This document shows positions 29,528 to 37,964 of a stretch of DNA of 64,000 nt, piece by piece. The stretch spans positions 1-64,000 of IMG/VR virus record IMGVR_UViG_3300033417_000005, one strand, 5' to 3'. The notes under the pieces were generated by a model. The model saw nothing but the letters and a program-made list of their open reading frames with translations. It had not been told where the DNA came from and searched no databases. The stretch is from a virus. Taxonomy: Duplodnaviria; Caudoviricetes. The position numbers and the translations under genes were made by a program. How positions within the stretch are numbered: position 1 is the first letter of the stretch; each line of letters opens with the position of its first letter.

Positions 29528-29635
29528 ATGAAACCTAGAATGATAATAGATGTGCTTTTGCTGCTGTTAACGTTTGTTTCTCTAGTGGGTATTAGTTTGT
29601 ACAATGTCGTTAGGCTATTGGAGAAATTTCGATGA
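29528..29635 (+). CDS. 35-aa membrane peptide absent from the track
   Basis: AGGA RBS; one hydrophobic helix; ATGA overlap with next gene. Confidence 0.55.
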   Translation: MKPRMIIDVLLLLLTFVSLVGISLYNVVRLLEKFR

Positions 29636-29853
29636 GCAATGAAAATCAAGTGACAGAGGACGAGTCGGACGAGAGTAGGTTTTTGAGAGGCTTTAGAAAG
29701 GCTTCCATCGCGGACTTGGAAAAAGTGGTCCGAAGGGCATTGGTGCTGGAGAAACATACGTACGCTGGGCGCGACACCGCAAGCTCTCTCTACCGTCTGC
29801 GGAAGAGTTTGGAGGGTATTTGGGGCCACGAGTTGCCAGAACTGAAGGAGTGA
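29632..29853 (+). CDS. Hypothetical protein
   Basis: GGAG RBS; coupled to upstream ORF. Confidence 0.6.
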   Translation: MSNENQVTEDESDESRFLRGFRKASIADLEKVVRRALVLEKHTYAGRDTASSLYRLRKSLEGIWGHELPELKE

Positions 29854-29856
29854 AAA

Positions 29857-30267
29857 ATGTGCCTGTCGGTAGCTGTTAATTATCCGGATTGTGTTTTGAG
29901 CAAGGGAGAGCACAAAGGATTTGAGTGGATGGTGGTACACAACGGCCACGGATACCGTTGCGGCTACGTGCGTCTCCCAGTCGGGCATCCGTGGCACGGT
30001 AAGTCTGATTGGGATCTCAACGCGAATGTTCATGGTGGATTGACGTTCTCCGAGCCGGATAAACCGTGTGATGGAGACCGACCGGACAATGCGTGGTGGA
30101 TCGGGTTTGACTGCGCTCATGGGGGCGACGTACCTGACCCGTCCTTGCCGGGGTACACAGACCTCGGGCTTGGGCCAGAGTTTGGAATAGTCCGGACCAC
30201 GGAGTACGTTGAGGAGCAATGTCGAGGCTTGTGCGATCAGGCAAAAGCGCGAGCTCGAAGAGGGTAA
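29857..30267 (+). CDS. Conserved hypothetical phage protein
   Basis: GYRCGYV...HPWHG...VHGGLTFS...WWIGFDCAH. Confidence 0.75.
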   Translation: MCLSVAVNYPDCVLSKGEHKGFEWMVVHNGHGYRCGYVRLPVGHPWHGKSDWDLNANVHGGLTFSEPDKPCDGDRPDNAWWIGFDCAHGGDVPDPSLPGYTDLGLGPEFGIVRTTEYVEEQCRGLCDQAKARARRG

Positions 30268-30324
30268 CTAATCACCTACTTTAGCTACCACAACTTGCTT
30301 GTGTTCAGGGAGTCGGGCGGCGGT

Positions 30325-30867
30325 ATGTCTCAGTTTACGAAACATCTAGAACGGTGGGGAAACTGCGAGCAGTGTGAGCTTCACAAGGTTCGTACGAAGG
30401 TGGTGTTGTGGAGAGGATCCAAGATTCCTTGCGACGTACTCTTTACAGGTGAAGCGCCCGGGCTGACTGAGGACATTGAAGGGCTGCCTTTCACGGGTCC
30501 AGCGGGGCGGCTGCTGGATCAGATTGTAGAGCGGTCGATACCCAATACCTTGTCGGTGGGATTTACAAATCTTATAGCCTGTATTCCGAGAGCCGTACCG
30601 GGTGGAAGCAAGGTGGGAGAACCTCCGCCTTGGGCTATTAAAGCGTGTGCTGATCGGCTGCGCGAGATTATTAAGATTGCGAATCCAGCACGGATTGTTA
30701 CCGTGGGTACGCTGGCGAAGAAGTATTTGCCGAGCAGAAACCTGGAACTGCCCGCCATGGTATCGATTGTCCATCCCGCCGCGATTCTACGGAGCAATCC
30801 CGTACAAAAGGAAGCGGCGATAAGACAGTGTATCATTACTCTAACGGAAATGAGTGAAGATCTATGA
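30325..30867 (+). CDS. Family 4 uracil-DNA glycosylase (Fe-S)
   Basis: CEQCEL; GEAPG..ED..G.PF.G.AGRLL; TNLIACIP; HPAAILR. Confidence 0.9.
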   Translation: MSQFTKHLERWGNCEQCELHKVRTKVVLWRGSKIPCDVLFTGEAPGLTEDIEGLPFTGPAGRLLDQIVERSIPNTLSVGFTNLIACIPRAVPGGSKVGEPPPWAIKACADRLREIIKIANPARIVTVGTLAKKYLPSRNLELPAMVSIVHPAAILRSNPVQKEAAIRQCIITLTEMSEDL

Positions 30868-31904
30868 AAGAGAATCTGCAAACCGTATGGCGCGGTCCTC
30901 ATGAAGACGGTATTACTCAGTCCCTGCTCTCGCGGTTTCTTATGTGCCGTGAACGGTTTCGGGTATTGGTGATAGAGGGTCTGGCTCCTATGGAACAATT
31001 CAATCACCGCCTTGAGTATGGGAACTTTTGGCATATCTGTGAAGAGCATTCGTCAGGTGGAGGAAACTGGACCGCTCCTGTAACGGCTTATGCAAAACAG
31101 CTCGCCCTCAGGTTTCCCGAAAGCAGGGAACAGATTGAACATTGGTGGCGAGTTTGTCTGCGCCAGTTCGAGATCTATGAGGACCTAAAGGGACCTGTAC
31201 GATGCAACAGCCTGATGCAAGAGTTCGTGTTTTCGGTTCCCTATAAACTGCCTTCAGGTCGTACCGTGATTCTACGCGGGAAGTGGGACTCCGTGTTTGG
31301 AGAGGACGACGGTATCTGGCTGCTGGAACACAAAACCAAAGGGACCGTGGACGAGCAGACCATACGACGTCAGTTGACTTTTGATCTGCAAACCATGTTC
31401 TACGTCGTAGCCCTCAAAGAGCATATACGAACCAACACACGAAAGGAGATGAAAGGGAAGAAAGTAGCCGGGGTGCTCTACAACGTAGTGCGCAGGCCGC
31501 TAAGCGGGGGTAAAGGATCTATCAGGCAACATAAAGCAACCAAGAACAAGCCGGGGGAGACGAAGGAACACTTCTACGATCGGGTGGCGAAGATCATTCA
31601 AGAAGACTCGGAGAACTACTTTTTCCGGTGGAAAGTGGTGCTTACGAAGGGAGACGTGGCAGCTTTTAAAAGGAAGTTTTTGAGGCCGATCCTTGAGCAG
31701 TTGTGCGATTGGTGGCATATTCAGGCAACGCTGACGCCTCCGCTTGCTTGGTATAATCGCAGTAATTACACGCACTGGCAAACTCCCTTTGAAGTGTGGA
31801 ATGTTTTGGAGAAGGGAGGCACAACAGACTTGGATGCGTACCTTACCACGGGGAATCGTGCGGGACTTCACAAGGTGAAAACCTTGTTTGGGGAACTTGA
31901 GTAA
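30864..31904 (+). CDS. PD-(D/E)XK exonuclease (Cas4/RecB-like)
   Basis: GKWDSV...LLEHKT; Q...Y motif. Confidence 0.8.
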   Translation: MKENLQTVWRGPHEDGITQSLLSRFLMCRERFRVLVIEGLAPMEQFNHRLEYGNFWHICEEHSSGGGNWTAPVTAYAKQLALRFPESREQIEHWWRVCLRQFEIYEDLKGPVRCNSLMQEFVFSVPYKLPSGRTVILRGKWDSVFGEDDGIWLLEHKTKGTVDEQTIRRQLTFDLQTMFYVVALKEHIRTNTRKEMKGKKVAGVLYNVVRRPLSGGKGSIRQHKATKNKPGETKEHFYDRVAKIIQEDSENYFFRWKVVLTKGDVAAFKRKFLRPILEQLCDWWHIQATLTPPLAWYNRSNYTHWQTPFEVWNVLEKGGTTDLDAYLTTGNRAGLHKVKTLFGELE

Positions 31905-31969
31905 CGCCACGCAGATGGAGGAGCGTGGATAATCACCCATGGACGTTACCATTCTAAAAGGGGAAGGCT

Positions 31970-32563
31970 ATGATGGCAGTGAAGCAGCGTAAGAAGAAAG
32001 AGGGACCTTTGAGCAAGAGAGACCGGATAAGGGAGTATCTGCAAGGCTGTCCTGATCTGAGAAGTATCAACGCGAAGGAAATTGGGCGTATCTTCGGAGC
32101 GAATTCTTCCGAGATTTATAAGGTGCGGAGGGGGATCTATAAGTCTAGGGCGTTCGAGTACACCAATGCAGGTCGCGACGAGATGTTGAAAGAGACGCCC
32201 AAAGAGTTGTCTTGTCGCAAGGAGCCGACGGGTAAGAGAGGAAGAGTACTGGAATACTTGAGAAACCAGCCTGACCTGGCGAACATCAAAGCTAGGGAAA
32301 TCGCGGTGAACTTCGGGGTGCATATTACGGAAGTGTATAGAGCAAGGAAGCTGCTTAGGGAGGAACCAGTCAAGCCACTTCTCCTGAGGTTGTCAGCGCA
32401 GGAACCTTCGGCAACACTCGCGCAGCAATCTCCAGCTTTCAATGGAGCCGGTGACGACGGGGAACTGATTGGCGACCTGGTTGCACTTAACAAGATGGGT
32501 GTCGACAGAGTACGGAGGGCTGTTAAGATCCTGGACCGTTTGAGTATGGAGGATATTCAATGA
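31970..32563 (+). CDS. Protein with two tandem HTH-like repeats
   Basis: RIREYL...AKEIGRIFG...SEIYKVR echoed by RVLEYL...AREIAVNFG...TEVYRAR. Confidence 0.65.
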   Translation: MMAVKQRKKKEGPLSKRDRIREYLQGCPDLRSINAKEIGRIFGANSSEIYKVRRGIYKSRAFEYTNAGRDEMLKETPKELSCRKEPTGKRGRVLEYLRNQPDLANIKAREIAVNFGVHITEVYRARKLLREEPVKPLLLRLSAQEPSATLAQQSPAFNGAGDDGELIGDLVALNKMGVDRVRRAVKILDRLSMEDIQ

Positions 32564-32853
32564 AAAAATCCAGAAGAAGAACGGAACTGCCTAAGGACTA
32601 CGAGCAGTATCTAATTCGGCTTACGGATGAGATCTTCGAACGGGCTTGCGACGAAATGAGCTGGACGTGGAACGAGCTGGCCGACCACGCCAACGTTAGC
32701 CGGAGTGCCGTAGCTCGGCTTGGCAACTACATTACTAAACTTCCTCGGCTTCAGACGTTCTACAAACTGGCAAGTGCGGTTGACATGGACTTGGAACTCG
32801 TAACCAAGCAAGTTGTTAAACTACGGACGGCGGGAAGTTTGAAAGTCGGCTAG
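32560..32853 (+). CDS. XRE-family HTH protein
   Basis: WTWNELADHANVSRSAVARL...PRLQT. Confidence 0.75.
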   Translation: MKKSRRRTELPKDYEQYLIRLTDEIFERACDEMSWTWNELADHANVSRSAVARLGNYITKLPRLQTFYKLASAVDMDLELVTKQVVKLRTAGSLKVG

Positions 32854-32925
32854 TTTCCGCTCGCCAATCAGCGGGCGGCGGATTGAAACAAACTACAGGC
32901 AGTGGGAAAGTTTGAAAGTCGGTTA
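32853..32925 (+). CRISPR. Solitary CRISPR repeat (32853-32889) plus 36-nt spacer (32890-32925)
   Basis: GTTTCCGCTCGCCAATCAGCGGGCGGCGGATTGAAAC; spacer matches 32818-32852 at 30 of 36 positions (1 gap), with 5' GTT PAM. Confidence 0.8.
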
Positions 32926-33068
32926 AAACGATCCCAGCGCGGGTGGGGCGGCGTTTCCAAGCTCTCTCGCTCGCCCGTGCTGGGTTTCACCGGGAGGGAC
33001 TCGGTTTCCGTACTCTGCCGAGTTCCTCCTTTATTGACGCGAAGACTGAGAAAAGGAAAATAGGCAGA

Positions 33069-33974
33069 ATGGTGAAGATAACCAAGGACGTGACAATGGA
33101 CGTTACAAGCAAGCAGCTTCGCAAAGGGTCCGTGAGCGGAAGGAAAAGGAAGTTACAAAGCTCCACGAAATCACAAAGCGTGATAGACCGTATTGCTCCG
33201 ATCAACTTTGGTGAAAACGATGGAATCAAGCTCAACCTCTATGGACGGAGCGGCACCGGGAAGACCACATTGTGGGCCACCTTTCCTAAACCGATACTGG
33301 CGGTGCTGGCTTCCGAATCTAAGACGTCGGGGGAACTTCGGAGCATCAATACTTCCGAGTACCGTAAGACGATCAAGCAAGTGGTGCTGGAAGACTGTGA
33401 CGAAATCGAGGAAATCTGCGCCCACGTGAAAGAAGCAAACTATGCTACTTTGGTATTGGACCACGCCACCGGATTGCAGCACAAGGTTTTGGCTGAAGTT
33501 CTAGGAATTGATAAAGTGCCGGAACAGCTTACTTGGGGGCTCGCCACTCAGTCGCAATACGGTCAGGTGGGGGTACGCATGAAGACTTATTTGCGCGCTC
33601 TGCTAGACGTAGAAATCAACGTGGTGATCGTGGCACAGCAAAGAGAATTTCTTACGGAAGGGGATGAGGGGGCAAGTGAGATTTTAGCTCCGTACGTAGC
33701 GAGCGCCTTGAGCCCGAGCACGTGCGCATGGCTCAACTCCTCGTGCGACTACATTGCACAGACCTACATTAGGGAAGAAACGCTGGAAAAGAAGATCAAG
33801 ATGGGAAAGAAGACACGTATTCGCAAGGTGCGCACGGGCAGCGTACAATTCTGTTTACGGGCTGCACCTCACGCCGTGTATACCACCAAATTTCGCAGAC
33901 CGAAAGGAGGAACGTATCCGGATGTTATTGTAGACCCTGATTATGACAAGATCATGCAAGTCGTGAAAGGATAA
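33069..33974 (+). CDS. AAA_24/Sak4-like ATPase (recombinase)
   Basis: LYGRSGTGKTT; LVLD; VIVAQ; start uncertain. Confidence 0.8.
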   Translation: MVKITKDVTMDVTSKQLRKGSVSGRKRKLQSSTKSQSVIDRIAPINFGENDGIKLNLYGRSGTGKTTLWATFPKPILAVLASESKTSGELRSINTSEYRKTIKQVVLEDCDEIEEICAHVKEANYATLVLDHATGLQHKVLAEVLGIDKVPEQLTWGLATQSQYGQVGVRMKTYLRALLDVEINVVIVAQQREFLTEGDEGASEILAPYVASALSPSTCAWLNSSCDYIAQTYIREETLEKKIKMGKKTRIRKVRTGSVQFCLRAAPHAVYTTKFRRPKGGTYPDVIVDPDYDKIMQVVKG

Positions 33975-34060
33975 GAATAAATCTCATCACCTACGGAGGA
34001 AGTAGACAAGCGACTTCACCTACGGAGCAAGGAAACGAGTTCCATGACCTATGGAGGATA
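33969..34060 (+). promoter_or_regulatory. csrA leader with three ANGGA motifs
   Basis: CTAC-GGAGGAA-GTAG hairpin, CACCTACGGAG and ACCTATGGAGG (the RBS). Confidence 0.55.
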
Positions 34061-34065
34061 AAGAC

Positions 34066-34242
34066 ATGCTGGTGCTAAACCGGAGAAAAGGGGAAAGGAT
34101 TATGATGGGTAAGGACGTCGTAATCACGGTGGTTGACATCCGTGGCCCTGTTGTGCGGCTGGGGATTGAAGCCCCGAAGGAATTGCGGATAGACAGAGAG
34201 GAAGTCCGTGTGCAGCGTTCGAAGAGTGACAAGCCAGTCTAA
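34066..34242 (+). CDS. csrA: Carbon storage regulator CsrA homolog
   Basis: MLVLNRRKGERIMMGKDVVITVVDIRGPVVRLGIEAPKELRIDREEV. Confidence 0.9.
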   Translation: MLVLNRRKGERIMMGKDVVITVVDIRGPVVRLGIEAPKELRIDREEVRVQRSKSDKPV

Positions 34243-34267
34243 CTAATTTTACAAAGGAAACTTGTAC

Positions 34268-35482
34268 ATGGCAAAGACAAGTGCGAAAAAGCTGTTAGGT
34301 CCTAAGTTCAAAAAGCTGTTTGCGAAGAAGCGCGTGGAGGAGATCAGCCTGGAAGACTTCGGAGGCGGTGGGAATCTCCCGGATGGGATTGAAAATGGGG
34401 TGGCCAAGCTGGTGTCCATTAAGATTGGGGCTTATGGAGAGAGCACAACTTTGGCGGGCAAGCCATTCTTCATGCTACGGGGAGTAACCGTTGCCCCTGC
34501 CACACATGAGGGACTCAAGGTGCGGGGTATCCAAGAGAGTTTCGTGCTGGAACCATTGTGCGACACTTCGGGACGTAAACGTGAGACGGAGGAGGAGCAT
34601 ATCGACTACATGCTTGCCGTGTTGCAGCAGTTCGGGGTGGACACCGGCGAGATTGATGCGGAAGAGCTGGAGGAGGAAGACTTTTTTGCGGAGCTGATTG
34701 CCGACGGCGTCTACTTCCGCTTCCGCACCTGGAAAGGCAGGCCCTCCGATCAGTTTCCCAACCCTCGGGTTAATATTGAATTCTTAGGAGCCTGTGAGTA
34801 CGAGGAGGGAGAAGACGACATAGTCGCGGAAGAAGTGGAGGACGACACCCCCGAGGAAGACGAGGACGAGGAACCGGATTGGGAAAAGAACGACCGAAAA
34901 GGCAAGCGAAGTGCTGGTACGTCCAAGGGTACTCCTACGAAGAAGCCCGTCAAAGGACGTGACAATGCTGCGCAAGCAAAGGGGAAAAAGAAACCGCCTC
35001 CTGAAGATGAAGATGAAGAAGAAGACGAAGAGGCTGACTATTCCGATGTAACCGACCTTGACTTGCTGTCGGAACTCGCTGAAGATCAAGACGACATAGC
35101 GGCGAGGGAGAGGCTGGTCGAGCTGGGCGTGGAAGCGGGGCTGAGTAAGAAGAAACTCGAAGCCCTCGACAGTTGGTACGACGTGGCCGCGGCGATTGAT
35201 GAAGCGGGTGAAGAAGATGAGAATGAGGATGAGGATGGGGACGATGAAGACGAAGATGAAGACGAAGATGAAGATGAAGATGAAGACGAAGATGAAGAAG
35301 AGGGCCGTGAATTAGTGCCGGAGAAGGGCCAAGGGTGGCAATACAAGCCGCCGGGAGCTCGTAAGAAGATCCCCTGCGTTGTCACCGCCGTTGCCGCACG
35401 GCGTAAAACTTGTACCCTCAAGGGAAAGGATGGAAAGATATACAAGGACGTAACGTGGGCTGCCCTCATGAGTGGCAGGTAA
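34268..35482 (+). CDS. Putative ssDNA-binding protein with long acidic region
   Basis: Follows the Sak4-like gene; beta-rich N-domain, D/E runs, small C-terminal beta domain. Confidence 0.55.
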   Translation: MAKTSAKKLLGPKFKKLFAKKRVEEISLEDFGGGGNLPDGIENGVAKLVSIKIGAYGESTTLAGKPFFMLRGVTVAPATHEGLKVRGIQESFVLEPLCDTSGRKRETEEEHIDYMLAVLQQFGVDTGEIDAEELEEEDFFAELIADGVYFRFRTWKGRPSDQFPNPRVNIEFLGACEYEEGEDDIVAEEVEDDTPEEDEDEEPDWEKNDRKGKRSAGTSKGTPTKKPVKGRDNAAQAKGKKKPPPEDEDEEEDEEADYSDVTDLDLLSELAEDQDDIAARERLVELGVEAGLSKKKLEALDSWYDVAAAIDEAGEEDENEDEDGDDEDEDEDEDEDEDEDEDEEEGRELVPEKGQGWQYKPPGARKKIPCVVTAVAARRKTCTLKGKDGKIYKDVTWAALMSGR

Positions 35483-35730
35483 CGCGATTTCTACGCCGTA
35501 CGGCGCACTCCCAGTCTTCCGGATGAGATGGGACGGGGGATTAGGGTGATTGCCCCACCGCGCCGTACGGTTTTTTGCTGCGCCAAGGACGTTACATTGC
35601 TGCGCCAAGGTGCAAGCCTGCTTCTAAGCCCCTCAGCCGCACCGTACAGGGCCTAAACCGGCTTTGGCTGCCCCCAGCTGCCATAAACCGCCAACTAGCG
35701 CCACATGGCGGCTGAGAGGCTCTCAGGGGC

Positions 35731-35758
35731 TTGTAAGAGTGGGCAGTTAGGGTAAAAT
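35731..35758 (+). promoter_or_regulatory. Sigma70-like promoter for the polymerase operon
   Basis: TTGTAA-16 bp-TAAAAT. Confidence 0.5.
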
Positions 35759-35799
35759 AGGGGGCATAGCCAGTATCCCACACATTGCGCAGGTCCACC

Positions 35800-35970
35800 A
35801 TGCCCAAGTTGCCGCCAGATAGAAACAAGCGCTCTAAGCGATGCGTCGCTTGCAGCGGTACAGGAAAAAGCAGTAAGGGTCAGGAGTGCAGGCCCTGTCA
35901 AGGAAAAGGTGTGAGGATTGTTGTTCGATGGACGCGCGACGGTGAAGCAATAAGGAGAGAGCGGGAATGA
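35800..35970 (+). CDS. Small DnaJ-type zinc-finger protein
   Basis: CVACSGTG...CRPCQGKG. Confidence 0.65.
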   Translation: MPKLPPDRNKRSKRCVACSGTGKSSKGQECRPCQGKGVRIVVRWTRDGEAIRRERE

Positions 35971-37964
35971 TGCGGTCGCTAGACACCGAGACTACGGGCG
36001 TAGACCTGTGGCATGGGGCCAAGCCGTTCTTCGTGACCTTTTGTGATGAGAAGGATCACATTACGTATTTTGAGTGGGAAGTTGATCCACATACCCGAGA
36101 GCCGCGGGTGAAGCGTAAGGACTTGACGGCAATCCAAGAGCTGATCGACGACTCGGAAACGCTCGTACTCCAAAACCCCAAGTTCGACTATCAGGCTCTG
36201 CAAACGGTGTTTGAAGGTCGGCTGCGATGGGAATGGAGCAAAGTACGCGATACGCTGCTGGCCGGTCATCTTATCAACAGTCTGGAACCCCACAACCTGA
36301 CCGACATGGTTTCCAAATACCTGGGCCTAGATATTCAACCCTACGAAAAGGATCTCCAAGCTGCTTCTGAAGAAGCGAGAAGATATGCACGCAGTCATTA
36401 CCCCGAATGGAGAATCGCGAAAGCTGGCCTCGCCGAAATGCCAAGCGCCGGAGGCAAGGTGTGGAAGTTCGACACCTGGCTGCCTAAGACGCTGGCGAAA
36501 TCTGAGGGGATGCTTACAACCCATCCATATCACACGGCGCTCCGAAAATACGGAAATATCGACAGCACCTGCACTCTAGCCTTGTATAAAAGACAGCGCG
36601 CATTGTTACGAGAGAAAGGACTTTGGAAAATCTACAAGCATAGACTCAAGGTGCTTCCTATCGTAGTTCACATGGAACAGTGCGGAGTGCATCTGAGCAA
36701 GCATAGACTGCAAAAGCTGTACGAGGAATATACGCGGGAAAGTGAGAGAGCCGGAAAAACGTGCGTACGGATTGCTAAGAAGTATGGAGCTGATCTGACA
36801 TTGCCTAAGAGCGGGGTGAACAACAGCCTGCGAGCCACAATCTTTGATCACCTGAAACTGAGCCCCCTGAATCTTAGCAGACGTACGGGGGAGCCGAGCC
36901 TGAACCAAACGGTGCTGGAAGAATATGGGGAACTCCTAAAGGAGGACGATCCTCGGCTAAAGTTCATCCAAGCTCTTCAAGCCAAACGCAAGCGCGATAC
37001 GGCGATGGTGTATATGGAGGCTTATAAGCGATTTTGGCTTAAGGAAAGTGGAAGTTACCTACTGCATCCTAGTCTGAACCCCACGGGTACTCACACGTTG
37101 CGGTGGTCGAGCAGCCGGCCGAACGAACAGAACATCAGCAAAAAGGAGGGCTTCAACCTCCGCTATTGCTTCGGTCCCGCCCAAGGAAGAGAGTGGTGGT
37201 CCCTCGATGCGCAGAACATAGAGCTCAGGATTCCCGCGTACGAAGCAAATGAAACCGATCTGGTATACGTATTCGATCATCCGGAGGAGGCTCCTTACTT
37301 TGGCAGCTATCATCTGGTCGTGGCTGATCTGCTGCATCCAAAACTGTTCAAAGAGTACGGCGCAGCGTTCAAAAAGAAGTTCTCCAGTACGTGGTATCAA
37401 TGGCTGAAAAATGGAAACTTTGCGGTTATCTACGGGTGTCAGCAACGGAAGGCGGATATCACGTACCACGTAGTTGGAGCGTACGAAAAGATTCGGAGAA
37501 GGTTTCCAAAGATCGCCGCGCTGGCCGACTATCAAATTCGTTATGCAAGAGAGCGCGGCTACGTGGAAACCATTCCTGACCGAAGTTTAGGGCAGCAACG
37601 GGGCTACCCGTTATACTGCGTTCGGGGTGGTCGCACGGGGTATACGAACGATGTAAGCCCTACGTTGCCGCTTAATTACCACGTCCAAGGAACGGCCATG
37701 CAATGGATGCAGAATGGTATGATCCGATGCTACGACATCCTAAACAGGTGGAACCGTGAAGATTCAGCGGTGCAATACTTCATGATAATGCAAGTGCATG
37801 ACGAGCTTGTATTCGACTTTCCGAAAAGCACCATGGCCGAAAGCCTGAAAAGAATACAACGGATCAAGAGAGCGATGGAAAAGGGAGGAGAGGACATTGG
37901 TGTGCCCACGACGGTGGGAGTGGAATATCATCCCCATAACTGGAGTGAAGGTGAAACATGCTAG
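35967..37964 (+). CDS. polA: Family A DNA polymerase with 3'-5' exonuclease
   Basis: LDTETTG; motif A DAQNIELR; motif B KNGNFAVIYG; motif C QVHDELVF. Confidence 0.95.
   Translation: MMRSLDTETTGVDLWHGAKPFFVTFCDEKDHITYFEWEVDPHTREPRVKRKDLTAIQELIDDSETLVLQNPKFDYQALQTVFEGRLRWEWSKVRDTLLAGHLINSLEPHNLTDMVSKYLGLDIQPYEKDLQAASEEARRYARSHYPEWRIAKAGLAEMPSAGGKVWKFDTWLPKTLAKSEGMLTTHPYHTALRKYGNIDSTCTLALYKRQRALLREKGLWKIYKHRLKVLPIVVHMEQCGVHLSKHRLQKLYEEYTRESERAGKTCVRIAKKYGADLTLPKSGVNNSLRATIFDHLKLSPLNLSRRTGEPSLNQTVLEEYGELLKEDDPRLKFIQALQAKRKRDTAMVYMEAYKRFWLKESGSYLLHPSLNPTGTHTLRWSSSRPNEQNISKKEGFNLRYCFGPAQGREWWSLDAQNIELRIPAYEANETDLVYVFDHPEEAPYFGSYHLVVADLLHPKLFKEYGAAFKKKFSSTWYQWLKNGNFAVIYGCQQRKADITYHVVGAYEKIRRRFPKIAALADYQIRYARERGYVETIPDRSLGQQRGYPLYCVRGGRTGYTNDVSPTLPLNYHVQGTAMQWMQNGMIRCYDILNRWNREDSAVQYFMIMQVHDELVFDFPKSTMAESLKRIQRIKRAMEKGGEDIGVPTTVGVEYHPHNWSEGETC

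Noticed and set aside
29398-30219. 273-aa minus-strand ORF spanning the CRISPR spacer
   Set aside because: Antisense to three well-formed plus-strand genes with RBSs; no recognisable motif.
30864-31904. Cas4-like nuclease between the two CRISPR units as a cas gene
   Set aside because: Context (UDG, Sak4, SSB) is the usual phage recombination module; no cas1, cas2, cas6 or cas7 seen.
32926-32965. Degenerate second repeat after spacer 2
   Set aside because: Only GGGCGGCG is shared; the segment pairs better as a downstream hairpin.
35490-35576. tRNA or structured ncRNA after the SSB-like gene
   Set aside because: Long CCGTACGGCGC/GCGCCGTACGG stem followed by a T-tract fits a terminator; no tRNA arms found here or elsewhere.
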